Origin: Neodothiora populina
Taxonomy: Eukaryota
Direction: 5' to 3'
NCBI RefSeq assembly: GCF_041146345.1
Contig: NW_027191411.1
Span: 620,001 to 684,000 of the forward strand
DNA: 64,000 nucleotides
Shown here: positions 62,209 through 64,000 of the stretch, one piece after another
Position numbering within the stretch: position 1 is the stretch's first letter
Layout: every line of letters starts with the position of its first letter
The notes under the pieces: generated by a model
The model's input: only the letters and a program-made list of their open reading frames with translations
The model's database searches: none
What the model was told of the DNA's origin: nothing
Position numbers and translations under genes: made by a program

Positions 62209-64000
62209 ACATCGCCGCTGGCCAGAGCCTGCGCCTGAGACCTGGCAATGGGCTGTTGAGCCAACTGAGCCCTCTGTCTCTCCATCATCAACTTTTGCTG
62301 TTCGGACGTCATACTCGTGTGGAAACCGCTGGGACCTAGTGCTGAAGGCGTTTGTGGTCCCTGCGGTTGTTGGTTCGTGACCGGGGTTGCGCGACCAGAA
62401 TTGCTTGTTGCTTGCTGCTGCTGTTGTTGATGTTGGGGCGTTGGTGCATGGGGACCCTGGCTGTTCATTCGCGGCTGCGGCGGCGCCTGGGGTTGGCTGT
62501 TGGGTCTTTGCGGCACGTACTGAGCTGGCGTGGGGGCCGCCGCAGTGTTGTTGTATCCTGATCTGTTTTGAGCTACATTGTGTTGCTGGTTGTAGGAAGG
62601 CGTGGCGTTGTGATTATATGCGGTCGTGTTGCGAAATTGTGTCTGTTGCCCGCCGTAGCCTCCTGGCGTCTGTGCGGATGGCTGCTGTGGTGTGGATTGA
62701 GGATTGAATCCACTGCCATAGTTATACCCGGACCGATAGGCTGGTTGACCATTCGTCTGGCCAAACGACGAAGGACGGCTGACTGTGTTGGGATAGTTAG
62801 GCCCTTGAGCATAGGACGGACGTCCATTCGTCGCCGCAGGTGTATTGAAACTCTGCGCCACAGTGGACCGATTGAAGCCGGTCGCCGGAGTTCTCGCACT
62901 GGCATATGTGTTGGAAGCGCGCGCAGCGGACGGAGTCCGGCCGTAGGACGAGTTCTTGAACTCTGTGGATTGGCGAACCGAAGAGGCTGGACCTGCAGCG
63001 GCTTGCATTGCAGCCGAGCTTCGGATGATACGAGTGAGCTGGTCCTCCTCCATGCTTCCCTTGACCTCCTTTCCTTGAATGATCATGGTCCTGCTGACGG
63101 TTAGATCTTCGAGCTGTTCGCCATCCAGCTTAGCGACAGCGTAGGGAGGGAGCTTGGAAATGATCTGAGCGAGTTGTGACCGGAGAGCTTTGTATACGGT
63201 GGTCTCGTCCTTGGTAGGCTCGGTCGGGGTGCCCATGGTGTATGACAGTGCGGGGCTGGGGCTGGTAGGATTGCGCATGGTCGAAGGAGTAATGTATGAG
63301 TTACGTATGCGCTGATAGCCAGATAGAGTCTCGATGAGAGCGGAGACATGACTCAGCATCTGATCAACGGAGCGCTGCTCGTCATCGTTGATCGTCGTGA
63401 CGAGGCTATCAGCGTTGAAAGCTGCCTGATCGAAATTGTCGACTGCTTCCTGCATTTCCTTCATCTCATCGACACTTCCCAAAGTAGCGGCAGGCTCCTC
63501 GACGGCCATACTGTCGGTCGTGTCATCCGGCGAAGGGAAGGCGTTTGCCAGATCCGGGTCAAGGACGAAACGTTTATCAAAACGCTTCTGGCCCAACTTG
63601 TGCCACCAAACCCGGTCCCTGATCTCGTCAGACACAATGGCCTTGGAATTGTCGACTGTCGGAGCAAAGTTGGAATAGGCGGCTTTGAAGAGGGCCTCCT
63701 CCTGCGCAATGATTTCGGCAGGAGACATGTCTTCGATGGCCTTGACTGGAGGAGCGCTGGCGACAATGCTCTCCCTCCTCCTTCGCTTGATGATAGCCGA
63801 AGTATCCTTGTCAGCATCACGCGCAGCATAGTCGAGCCATGAACCAACATTCAGTGGTTGCATGGTATAAGCATTCTTTCGAGAGGGCTTGGGCAGGGCG
63901 GAATCCCCCGTAATCCAAGAAATGCTCGCGCTTCTCGTCGACTGCTTGGGTTTCGGAGGGTTGAGAGGAGCCAAAGTTGCAGGGGGTGGGAAGACGTCCG
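61851..64000 (-). CDS. nuclear hypothetical protein with Q/P-rich C-terminus, partial; possibly Rsc58/BRD7-9-related
   Basis: Frame open to the right edge, more than 707 aa. The YSNFAPTVDNS...WW motif recalls the SSFAPxxDS anchor of Rsc58/BRD7/9. PolyQ tracts present. Confidence 0.7.

Overview
Gene-dense, intron-containing chromosomal DNA from a filamentous ascomycete. Short GT-AG introns with CTRAC/CTAAC branch sites and the protein content suggest Pezizomycotina, probably Dothideomycetes (inference). About 24 protein-coding genes plus one probable pseudogene can be modelled. Recognisable genes: D-serine dehydratase, YVC1/TRP-type cation channel, Zn-finger protein, tyrosine phosphatase, Mrx7-like protein, GH18 chitinase, dienelactone-hydrolase/SnoaL protein, CCT7, metacaspase, HNH-like protein, haloacid dehalogenase, PP28, mitochondrial IF-2, UNC-50/GMH1, RNA14, Argonaute, an MBL-fold protein and RRP6. 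Several others are hypothetical. I found no tRNA, rRNA, CRISPR array or intact transposon. I cannot establish a new multi-gene system. The strongest oddities are: a stand-alone gene built on a Ty1/copia protease-type beta-barrel lacking its catalytic Asp; a 4-nt microexon in UNC-50; two GC-AG introns; a stop-riddled reading frame at 4.6-5.9 kb; a CCHC knuckle in mitochondrial IF-2; a long, almost ATG-free, intron-containing Argonaute leader within an RNA14-AGO-RRP6 neighbourhood; and a TAAGGTA motif recurring in most intergenic regions. All gene models were derived by eye; no database searches were run.
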